Below are positions 47,700 through 55,690 of a stretch of 64,000 bases of DNA, piece after piece. The notes beneath the pieces are model-generated. The model saw nothing but the letters and a program-made list of their open reading frames with translations. It was not told the origin of the DNA and did no database searches. Positions within the stretch are counted from its first letter, which is position 1. Each line of letters begins with the position of its first letter. The stretch lies in contig NZ_JAVBRQ010000015.1 of NCBI RefSeq assembly GCF_031547805.1, positions 4,938-68,937 on the forward strand, given 5' to 3'. Source of the stretch: Desulfobulbus sp. (GTDB taxonomy: Bacteria > Desulfobacterota > Desulfobulbia > Desulfobulbales > Desulfobulbaceae). Made by a program: the position numbers and the translations under genes.

Positions 47700-48212
47700 A
47701 TGCCCGTCAATCGCACCGACCTGAAACCGATCGTCAATCTGGAAGGACAAACCTGCTTCGGCTGCGGCACCAGCAACCCCGTGGGGCTGCACATGGCCTT
47801 CCACACCGACAATCAACGCCTTTATTCCTTCGTCAGCGTGCCCCCGGCAATGGCCGGCTGGGACCGGACCGTGCACGGCGGCATTCTCTCGACGATTCTC
47901 GATGAAATCATGGGCTGGTCGGTCATCTACCTGCTGGGAAAGATCGGGGTGACCAAGTCGATGACCGTGGAATTCAGGAAACCGGTCCAGGTGGAAGACC
48001 GACTGACCGCGGTCGGCGCCATCGCCGAGACGATCTCCGACCGGCAGATCACGGTGAGCGGTGAAATTTACAACGGGGAGCAGGTGCTCTGCGCCAGGGC
48101 CGAGGGCACCTTTGCGGCCTTGTCGGCGCAGGCGGCGGTCCGGCTGGGGGTGATGAGCGCCGATTACATGAAGCGGTTTGCGCCGATCCTCCAGCAGCGC
48201 GAAGGCGCCTGA
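47700..48212 (+). CDS. PaaI-family hotdog thioesterase
   Basis: This is the last 170 aa of ORF 47169-48212, with 'CFGCGTSNPVGLHM' and 'HGGILSTILDEIMG'. GAGGAG lies upstream of ATG 47700. The N-terminal ORF extension overlaps the previous gene and is spurious. Confidence 0.7.
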   Translation: MPVNRTDLKPIVNLEGQTCFGCGTSNPVGLHMAFHTDNQRLYSFVSVPPAMAGWDRTVHGGILSTILDEIMGWSVIYLLGKIGVTKSMTVEFRKPVQVEDRLTAVGAIAETISDRQITVSGEIYNGEQVLCARAEGTFAALSAQAAVRLGVMSADYMKRFAPILQQREGA

Positions 48213-48218
48213 CGCGCC

Positions 48219-49112
48219 TTATTCCGGGGTGTGCTGCGCCCGGCAGATCCGGCCCGGCAGCCGCCGTTCGAGCAGGGTTTCGATGGCCTCGGCCGCCCGA
48301 CACAGCCCGCCCAGGTCCAAGCCGGTCGCCACCCCCATGCCCTCGAAGAGATGGACCGCGTCCTCGGTGGCGACATTGCCGGCCGCGCCCTCGATGAAGG
48401 GGCAGCCGCCGAGACCGCCCACCGCCACGTCGAATCCCCGCACGCCGGCCTCGAAGCCGGCATACAGGTTGACCAGCCCCAGGCCGCGGGTGTCGTGGAG
48501 GTGCAGCGACAGTTCGGTCTCGGGGTACCGTTCGCGTACCTTGGCGGCCAGATGCTTCACCTGGTGAGGATGAGCCATGCCGGCGGTATCGGCCAGATTG
48601 ATCTCGCCGGCGCCGGCGTCCACCAGTTGCCCGACCGTGTCCAGAACCACGGTTTCGGGTATCCCGCCTTCGTAAATGCAACCGAAGGCGCACCTGAGCC
48701 CGGCGCGGATGTCGATCCCTTCGGCGGTGGCGGCCGCGATCAGTTGGGTGGCGGCCTTCATCACCTCGGCCATGGACCTGCCGTCGTGCTTGCGGCTGTC
48801 GCTTTCCGAAACCGGCACGATCACCGCAAGGTGCTCGAGGCCGCTGCGGAGCGCCCGCTCCACCCCCTTCTCGTTGTGCACCTGGGCCGTGCACTGGATA
48901 TCCGGATATTGCCGGCGCACCAGCGAGACCAGGACATCGGTGTTGGCCACCTGCGGCACCGAGCGGGGGTTGACGAAACTGCCCAGCTGCAGCCGCCGGA
49001 CTCCGGCCGCGGCCAGCAGGCGAACGATCTCCAGCTTTTCCGCCAGCCCGAACAGCCGGCTCTCCCCCTGCAATCCATCGCCCAAGGCCTCTTCCTGCAA
49101 CACAACCCGCAT
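48219..49112 (-). CDS. hydroxymethylglutaryl-CoA lyase-like (HMGL/pyruvate carboxyltransferase TIM barrel)
   Basis: 297 aa with 'LQEEALGDGLQ', 'GSFVNPRSVPQ', 'LADTAGMAHP', 'LHLHDTRG' and 'GGLGGCPF'. Confidence 0.8.
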   Translation of the reverse strand: MRVVLQEEALGDGLQGESRLFGLAEKLEIVRLLAAAGVRRLQLGSFVNPRSVPQVANTDVLVSLVRRQYPDIQCTAQVHNEKGVERALRSGLEHLAVIVPVSESDSRKHDGRSMAEVMKAATQLIAAATAEGIDIRAGLRCAFGCIYEGGIPETVVLDTVGQLVDAGAGEINLADTAGMAHPHQVKHLAAKVRERYPETELSLHLHDTRGLGLVNLYAGFEAGVRGFDVAVGGLGGCPFIEGAAGNVATEDAVHLFEGMGVATGLDLGGLCRAAEAIETLLERRLPGRICRAQHTPE

Positions 49113-49331
49113 CGTCCATCCTCTATGAAAAAACGCTTAGCACTCCCTCTGCAGCCGGGTTTCGATCATAGCATGTCAAGGCGCAAGAAGCGAAGAGATT
49201 AGCGTTTCCCCGCGCCCATACCGGGCACGCGGCCGAACCCGTCGATATTTCCCTGGCAAAAGAGCGGTCATATTCGTACAATGCCGGCCGCAACGCTCCG
49301 CATTCGCGGCAACCTCCGCCACCCAAGGGCC

Positions 49332-49901
49332 ATGAACATCGTCAACATCCTCGGCAGCCCGAGAAAAAACGGGACCAGCGCTCGCATTGCCCGCGCCTTT
49401 GCCGAAACCGCCGCCACCTATGGCGCCACGGTCACGGACTATGCCCTCAACACCATGCAATACCGGGGATGCCAGGGGTGCGAAGGGTGCCATACCCGGG
49501 CGGACCGCTGCGTGCTGCTGGACGAGGCCACCCCGGCCCTCGACCACCTGTATCAGGCCGATATCGTTGTCTTTTCGGCCCCAATCTATTTCGGCGACAC
49601 CTGCGGCCAGTTCAAGTCGTTCTTCGACCGGATGTGGTCGTTGATCCGCACCGATGCCCCTGAGGACGAGGCAGGCACCCGCCTGCCGCCCAACAAGGTG
49701 GCGGTGCTCGTCCTGACCCATGTCCAAGCGGCCGGGGCGCACAACGATGTGGTCGGCCGCTATGTCCGCAACTTGGAACTCTACGGCTTCGAAGTCAGGC
49801 CCCTGGTCGCCGGCGGGCTGCGCCTGCAGCCGAATACCGACATCGACGCCCATCTCCGGGCCGCCGCGACCCTGGCTCGGGAGCTGGTGCGGGCCGGCTA
49901 A
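49332..49901 (+). CDS. NADPH-dependent FMN reductase / iron-sulfur flavoprotein (Isf-like)
   Basis: It has 'MNIVNILGSPRKNGTS' and a compact Cys motif 'CQGCEGCHTRADRC' (C-x2-C-x2-C-x6-C). The start was set at ATG 49332. Confidence 0.7.
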   Translation: MNIVNILGSPRKNGTSARIARAFAETAATYGATVTDYALNTMQYRGCQGCEGCHTRADRCVLLDEATPALDHLYQADIVVFSAPIYFGDTCGQFKSFFDRMWSLIRTDAPEDEAGTRLPPNKVAVLVLTHVQAAGAHNDVVGRYVRNLELYGFEVRPLVAGGLRLQPNTDIDAHLRAAATLARELVRAG

Positions 49902-50371
49902 GCGGTTTTGCGGTTGCCGGTTTGCGCCAGCAGTTCCCGATAGACGGCGTCGCCCACGGCCAGCACCTTGGCGCCGTACCGGGCAAAGACGCACAAGCTC
50001 TGCCGGTGCGCGGGATAGCTTGCCAGCGGGAGATATCGTTGGGCGCACAGGGCGAGGACGAGCATCAGGGTGTTGTAGTGGTCGAGATCGAGCCGGCAGG
50101 CATACCGCAGCACCTGTCTGTCCTCGGACAGGACCGGCCGGGCGAGCGCCTGGGCGGTGCCGCAGATCAGTTGGTCGGTCGGCCCGGTACCGGAGGCGGG
50201 GACTACAATGGCCCTTGCCAGGCGCAGGCCGTATTCGGCGATCACCTGAGGAATGAGCAGCAGATCGAAGGCATCGAGCGCCAGCGGCAGCAACGCCAGC
50301 CGTTCGAGATAAATCAGGGTCGAGGTATCGGCCACTCCGCCTCGCAGCGCCTGCAGTTGTCGGACGATCAC
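49898..50371 (-). CDS. PIN-like protein of the DUF3368/COG2405 type (orphan, no cognate antitoxin seen)
   Basis: 157 aa. 'VADTSTLIYLERLALLPLALDAFDLLLIPQVIAEY' and 'LSEDRQVLRYACRLDL' match the remembered DUF3368 pattern. The coding status is moderately uncertain. Confidence 0.45.
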   Translation of the reverse strand: MIVRQLQALRGGVADTSTLIYLERLALLPLALDAFDLLLIPQVIAEYGLRLARAIVVPASGTGPTDQLICGTAQALARPVLSEDRQVLRYACRLDLDHYNTLMLVLALCAQRYLPLASYPAHRQSLCVFARYGAKVLAVGDAVYRELLAQTGNRKTA

Positions 50372-50439
50372 AGCCTGCGGCCTCTCTTCCCCACGCTTTT
50401 CAACCGTACCGGATTATCTGCCGCGGCCATTATCGCACC

Positions 50440-51282
50440 ATGAGGAACACGATGGATTTGCACTTCATCATCGACCGGGAACTCTGCATTCAATGCGGGG
50501 CCTGCATCGACGACTGCCCCTTCCATGTCATCGAAATGGCTCCGGATTATCCGGCGCTCAACCTCAAGCGGGAACACCATTGCATCCGCTGCCAGCATTG
50601 CCTGGCGGTCTGCCCGACCGGCGCCCTGTCGATCCTGGGCCGCAGGCCGGAGGATTCCCTGCCCCTGCCGCAGACCCTGCCCGACAGCGCCCAGATGACG
50701 GCGTTGATCAAGGGGCGGAGGTCGGTCCGCCGGTTTCTGCCGGAGCCGTTGGCGCCCGAGGTGATCGACGCCATGATCGCGACCGTGGCCAACGCCCCCA
50801 CCGGCAAGAACAACCGCAAGTGCCTGTTCACGGTCGTCGACGATCCAGCCTCGATGGAGGTGCTCCGCCGCGAGACCATCGAAGGCTTGCGCCGGGCGGC
50901 AGCGACAAGGCGGCTTGGCGAAAATCTGAGCTATTTCCGTCATGTGGTCTCGGCCTGGGACCAGGGGCGGGACATCGTCTTCCGCCGTGCCCCCCACCTG
51001 TTCATGGTCTCGGTGCCGCCGGAGATCACCACCCCCGACGCCGACGCCATCATCGCCATGAGCTACTTCGAGTTGCTGGCTGCCTCCATGGGCATCGGCA
51101 CCCTGTGGAACGCCATGATCCGCTGGGCCTTTTCCATCATCGATATCGACCTGTACCAGCGGCTGGGCATTCCCGGCGACCATGCCAGGGGATACGCCCT
51201 GCTCTTCGGCCGGCCCGCGGTCCAATACCACCGGACCGTCCAGCGCGACGAGGCGACGATCAACCGGGTGCGGCTGACATGA
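50440..51282 (+). CDS. nitroreductase-family flavoenzyme with an N-terminal 2x[4Fe-4S] ferredoxin domain
   Basis: 280 aa with 'CIQCGACIDDCP' and 'CIRCQHCLAVCP', followed by the nitroreductase motif 'RRSVRRF'. Confidence 0.8.
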   Translation: MRNTMDLHFIIDRELCIQCGACIDDCPFHVIEMAPDYPALNLKREHHCIRCQHCLAVCPTGALSILGRRPEDSLPLPQTLPDSAQMTALIKGRRSVRRFLPEPLAPEVIDAMIATVANAPTGKNNRKCLFTVVDDPASMEVLRRETIEGLRRAAATRRLGENLSYFRHVVSAWDQGRDIVFRRAPHLFMVSVPPEITTPDADAIIAMSYFELLAASMGIGTLWNAMIRWAFSIIDIDLYQRLGIPGDHARGYALLFGRPAVQYHRTVQRDEATINRVRLT

Positions 51283-52424
51283 GCCTTTCCTTTGATGTTG
51301 CAGATGCGATGAAGACCTCCACACCATCCCTCCCTCCCCTGATCGTCCACACCGAATCGAGCCGGGTCTGGGGTGGCCAGGAAATACGGACCCTGACCGA
51401 ACTCCGGGAGATGCGCAAGTGCGGTTTCCGCGTCGCCCTGATCGTCCCGGCCGACTCGGAATTGGCCAGGCGGGCGGCGGCCGAGGGGCTGCCCGTCCAT
51501 ACCATGGCCTCGTTCGCCAAGCTCTCGCCCCGCTCGTGGCGCGAGCTGTTCCGGCACTTCAAGGCGCTCAAGCCGACGGTGGTCAACACCCACTCGTCCG
51601 AGGATTCCTGGATGGCCGGAGCCCTGGCCCGGCTCTGCCGCGTGCCGCTGGTCATCCGCACCCGCCATGTCCTGGTTCCGGTTTCGTCGACTGTGAGCTA
51701 TGCCTTTCCCCAGGTCATCTTCACCTGCAGCGGCGCCATTGCCGGGCAGTTGGCCGCCTGCGGCATCCCGCCGGCCAAGACAGTGGTGCTCTCGACCGGC
51801 AATGACGAAAACCGTTTCCTGTTCTCGACCGGCCAGCGGCAAGCCGTGCGCCAACGCTACGGCATCGACGACCGGGAACTCCTGGTGGGCAATGTCGGCT
51901 GCCTCCGACACTACAAGGGCCATCGGTTCATCCTCAGAACCGCGGCGGCGATGCCGCAGCCCTACCGGTTCATAATCGTGGGGGGTGGGGAGGAGTTGCC
52001 CGCGCTCCAGGCCATGGCCCATGAGCTGGGAGTGGAGGACCGGGTGATCTTTGCCGGGCATCAGGAGGCCCCGGAACATTTCTTCAGCGCCTTTGATCTC
52101 TGCTTCTTTTCCTCCTATGAAGCGGAAGGGGTCTCCCAGTCCCTGATCCAGAGCCTGCTCAACGGGCTGCCCGTGCTGGCCTGCCGGACACCGTCGACCA
52201 TGGAACCGCTGGGCCTGGTCGAGGCCTGTCGCCTGGTCGACTACGACGACGTTCCAGCCGCCTGCCAGGGCTTGACGGAGCTGGCCCGGCTGCCGCGGCG
52301 GGATCCGGAGCGGATGGCGCGGCAGCACCGGTGCATCGCCGACCGCTACGGCCTCGGCAACATGGTGCGGATCCTGCTGGCAACCTATGGCCGTCACGGC
52401 ATCCATCCCCCGTCGCCGGAGTAA
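51279..52424 (+). CDS. glycosyltransferase family 4 (GT-B)
   Basis: About 381 aa with 'IVHTESSRVWGGQEIR' and 'FFSSYEAEGVSQSLIQSLLNGLPVLA'. The ATG overlaps the nitroreductase stop (ATGA). Confidence 0.8.
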   Translation: MSLSFDVADAMKTSTPSLPPLIVHTESSRVWGGQEIRTLTELREMRKCGFRVALIVPADSELARRAAAEGLPVHTMASFAKLSPRSWRELFRHFKALKPTVVNTHSSEDSWMAGALARLCRVPLVIRTRHVLVPVSSTVSYAFPQVIFTCSGAIAGQLAACGIPPAKTVVLSTGNDENRFLFSTGQRQAVRQRYGIDDRELLVGNVGCLRHYKGHRFILRTAAAMPQPYRFIIVGGGEELPALQAMAHELGVEDRVIFAGHQEAPEHFFSAFDLCFFSSYEAEGVSQSLIQSLLNGLPVLACRTPSTMEPLGLVEACRLVDYDDVPAACQGLTELARLPRRDPERMARQHRCIADRYGLGNMVRILLATYGRHGIHPPSPE

Positions 52425-52477
52425 ACCGCCACGAAGTAAACCACTTGCCGTCGGCAAAGGCGCCGACACGCCATTGG

Positions 52478-55400
52478 TCAGGCGGTGGCCGGCAGGCCGT
52501 ACTTCTGCCGATACTGCTCCCTGAACCGGCCCATTTCCACCATGTCGAGCAGATAGGCGTCGGAACGGTCGAGGTAGAAGGCCAGGGCCTTGGCGAAATT
52601 CCGCCCCACCATGCCGTCGACAAACACCTGGCTGATTTCGCGCTGCCGCTTGAGCACGAGCTGGGAGCGGTAGAAGATCAGCCATTCCTCGGCGGACATC
52701 GCCGCCACGATTTGCTGCAGGGCCTTGCGCGCCCTGGGCTGGTACATCCAGATATACATCAGGTCCAGGGCATTGACGATGAACACCTGCTCCAGATCGT
52801 GGGCCTCTTTGTGAATGGCCGCGATCAGGGCTTTGGGCGACTGCAGCAGGTCCAGCACATCCTCTTCCGGAAACAGCACGTCCAGGCGGGCATAGGCCGA
52901 AAACATCTGGCTGAGCTTCTCACGGTAATCGGCCAGGCGGATGCTAATGTTGTTTTGGCGGTCGGCCAGGCCTTCGATCACCGCGGCCACGCAATCCGAG
53001 GCCAGTTTGGAAATCACCGCCGCCCACTTCTGCAGCCCTTCCTCGACCTGCGGCACCATGGCCCAATGCATCGCCACGGCCAGGGTGTCGTTGAAGAGAA
53101 GGGCCAGGGGGATGGAGAAGATCGAGCGGAAAAAATTGCCGACAATGGCGCTGGGCGGCAGGCCGCGCAGGGTGTTGTGGGCGGAGATGTAGATGCCGTT
53201 GGCCAGGGCCATCACCGAGTAGAGCAGCAGCGGACTGGTGGAGGTGGTGATCCCCAGCAGTTGTTGCAGCAGCAAAGTCTTGACCAGGTAATCCAGCAAC
53301 GGCACCGAGAAGCCGGTATAGAAGAGGGAATCGGCGATCCGGCTCCAGCTCACCAGGGAATTCCAGGGCAGCAGGGGCGAGCGCTTGAGGCCGCCGCCAC
53401 CGAGGATCGACTGGATGATGTTGCGGGCGCCGGTGATGCCGAACCAGATGAAGGCCCCGAGATAGGCCAGCACCCACCAGTCCTTGGTCAGGGCAAAGGT
53501 GAGAAAGGCCGGCACGAACCCCGCCACGATTTTGAGGGTGTTGCACAGATGCGAGTTGAGGTAGCGTAGCGGCGGCCTGCTGTTTTGCTTCTTCTTGCGG
53601 CCCGGATACATCTCGAGCTCGGGCACGCGGCGGATGCCGCCCAGGGTGGCGATATTGCCGTCGACGCCGGGATGGACCTCGAACCGGTCCAGACTCCAGT
53701 CGCTCCATCGCGACTGGGCTCCTGCCCGGCCGCCGCCCTGCATGTTCTGCCTGAGCCTCCGGTACCAGGGCAGGGAGGCCGGGGCCTCGCCGCGCCGGTG
53801 GAAATGATGGATCATCCTGGCGCTGACCGGAATGAGCTTGCGCCGCTCCCCGCCCCAGTGCTCGTGCATGACCTGGCGCAGAGCCCGTTGCGGCAGGGTG
53901 TCCACCACCACCAGCCCCATGCCGTGCTGCAGTTGCGACTGCCCGGTCGAGCCCGAGCCGATGCGGGAGCCGAGGTAGCGTTTGTTGTAATGGCTGTGGA
54001 ACGACTCGATATTGATCAGGATGGCGAGCAAATCGTCCCGCCGCTGGTTCATCCCCGCCAGTTCGGCCTCCAGCGCCTCCTGGTTGTCCGGCGGCGCCGG
54101 CTGGGTTTTTCCCGCCTCGCACCGTTTTTCCACAATCAGGCGCAACCGCTCGAAATCCCAGATAATGGCCCGGATCGCCCGTTTCAGGGCAATGACGTTA
54201 TCCTCGTTCAAGGCCTTCTGCAGGACGTTGACCATCTGATAGTTCTGGGCCGGGCTGCTGATATCCACCGCCTCGCCGGCAAAGCCGCTGCCCTTGATCG
54301 AGGCCTGCGCGGTCATGCCGTGGCCCGCGTCCTTGAGGTTGAAGGCTTCGAGATGGGTGATCCGCCCCTGGCAGATGTAGAGCAGCTCCAGGGTGTCGTG
54401 AATCGACAGGTTGCTCAGGTTCAAGGTGAAACGCGAGCCCGAGTGCATGGAGGCCAGCCGGCCCAGCAATTCCTGCGGCGCCAGGTGCAGCAGCGCCGGC
54501 TGTCCTTGGTCGTGGGGCACGGTCGGGTCGTGCAGGCTCGGATTGCGCAGGGGCAGGAGGTACTGGTTGATGATTTTCTCGAGATCGAGCCGGGCCATCT
54601 TGCCCGAGCAGGACTCCAGCAGCTTCTCCCGGGTGCTGCTGTCCTGGAGATAGGTTTGGTGGATCCGCTGCACCTCGGCCTCGAGTGCGATGCGGTAATG
54701 GTTCTGGATGAACTTGGCCAGGTGCAGCAGCGACGGTTGGCCGGTGCCGACGAAGCGGAGGAAGTGCTCCCGGTCCAGCGGCGGGGTCTCCACCCCCAGT
54801 TCCCGGTCCAGCCCCGGCCGGTGGCTGTCGTTGAACACCGCGATCACCTCGAGTACGTACCCCTGCTGGTACAGGGAAACCAGCCGTCCCCGGTCGAGCA
54901 TCTCCCGGACCGCCTCTTCCCGGAGGAATTGCAGCAGGCTGCTGCGGTCGAAGAAACCCTCCAATTCCCAGATGAAACGGACGAACTTGTCGCGGAAGCG
55001 CGAGGAGAACTCGATGCCGATCCGGACGTGGATGTCGAGGATTTCCCCGGCCTCGAGCAGCTCCTCCACCACCTCCTGCTCGACATGGTTGTAGTACACC
55101 ACGGTCAGCTTGCGGATGCCCTTGATCCAGGCATCCATCAGCAGGTGGGTGGGCGATTTCCTGCCCTTGGTGTTGGCGTCGTGCACATGGTCGTCGAAGG
55201 CGAACTGGTTCCACTCCTCGGGCATCTCCAGAAGGTGGTACTTGGCCAACTCCTTGCGCACCCGGCGCGGCTTGCCGGTGTAGACCATGCGGAAATCGTG
55301 GGCCAGCTCCAGCTGCCGCACTTCGTCGCCCTCGTGGCGCACCAACTCCTTGATGATCTGCATCAGCACCCGGGCGGTGTTCTTGTGGTAGAACGAGGTG

Positions 55401-55675
55401 GAGGAGCTGAAGACCTCGTCGCGCAGGCTGCGCAAGGCTACGATCCGGTCGCGGGCCTTGCCCGCCTCCAGCGAGCCGAGCAGGCTGACGATGGCATAGG
55501 CGATCCGCAGGCCGCTGGAGGCCGCCATCTCCTTGATGCCGTGGGGGTGCATGTAGGGAGTCATCAACGAACGCACCGACTGCGGCCGGGAGCGCCGCTT
55601 GAGCACATCGTTGACGATGCCGAGCAGTTTGTAGTCGTTGGCGTCGAAAAAAAGCCGGGAAGGCCGGTGCTTCAT
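52478..55675 (-). CDS. large conserved-looking hypothetical membrane protein (about 680-aa soluble N-terminus, about 5-6 TM helices, about 200-aa helical C-terminus)
   Basis: 1065-aa ORF whose composition and codon usage look like real coding sequence. TM helices lie around 'VAGFVPAFLTFAL', 'WWVLAYLGAFIWFGITGA', 'LLLYSVMALANGIYISA' and 'FFRSIFSIPLALLF'. I recognise no catalytic motif. The C-terminal half vaguely recalls the TM proteins mis-annotated as 'site-specific recombinase' (unverified). Confidence 0.7.
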   Translation of the reverse strand: MKHRPSRLFFDANDYKLLGIVNDVLKRRSRPQSVRSLMTPYMHPHGIKEMAASSGLRIAYAIVSLLGSLEAGKARDRIVALRSLRDEVFSSSTSFYHKNTARVLMQIIKELVRHEGDEVRQLELAHDFRMVYTGKPRRVRKELAKYHLLEMPEEWNQFAFDDHVHDANTKGRKSPTHLLMDAWIKGIRKLTVVYYNHVEQEVVEELLEAGEILDIHVRIGIEFSSRFRDKFVRFIWELEGFFDRSSLLQFLREEAVREMLDRGRLVSLYQQGYVLEVIAVFNDSHRPGLDRELGVETPPLDREHFLRFVGTGQPSLLHLAKFIQNHYRIALEAEVQRIHQTYLQDSSTREKLLESCSGKMARLDLEKIINQYLLPLRNPSLHDPTVPHDQGQPALLHLAPQELLGRLASMHSGSRFTLNLSNLSIHDTLELLYICQGRITHLEAFNLKDAGHGMTAQASIKGSGFAGEAVDISSPAQNYQMVNVLQKALNEDNVIALKRAIRAIIWDFERLRLIVEKRCEAGKTQPAPPDNQEALEAELAGMNQRRDDLLAILINIESFHSHYNKRYLGSRIGSGSTGQSQLQHGMGLVVVDTLPQRALRQVMHEHWGGERRKLIPVSARMIHHFHRRGEAPASLPWYRRLRQNMQGGGRAGAQSRWSDWSLDRFEVHPGVDGNIATLGGIRRVPELEMYPGRKKKQNSRPPLRYLNSHLCNTLKIVAGFVPAFLTFALTKDWWVLAYLGAFIWFGITGARNIIQSILGGGGLKRSPLLPWNSLVSWSRIADSLFYTGFSVPLLDYLVKTLLLQQLLGITTSTSPLLLYSVMALANGIYISAHNTLRGLPPSAIVGNFFRSIFSIPLALLFNDTLAVAMHWAMVPQVEEGLQKWAAVISKLASDCVAAVIEGLADRQNNISIRLADYREKLSQMFSAYARLDVLFPEEDVLDLLQSPKALIAAIHKEAHDLEQVFIVNALDLMYIWMYQPRARKALQQIVAAMSAEEWLIFYRSQLVLKRQREISQVFVDGMVGRNFAKALAFYLDRSDAYLLDMVEMGRFREQYRQKYGLPATA

Positions 55676-55690
55676 GGGATCAGGTCTTGG

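Noticed and set aside
55150-55260. Possible PLD-type HKD motif in the 1065-aa protein ('HVHDANTKGRKS')
   Set aside because: The spacing does not fit HxK(x)4D(x)6GSxN, and no second copy is present.
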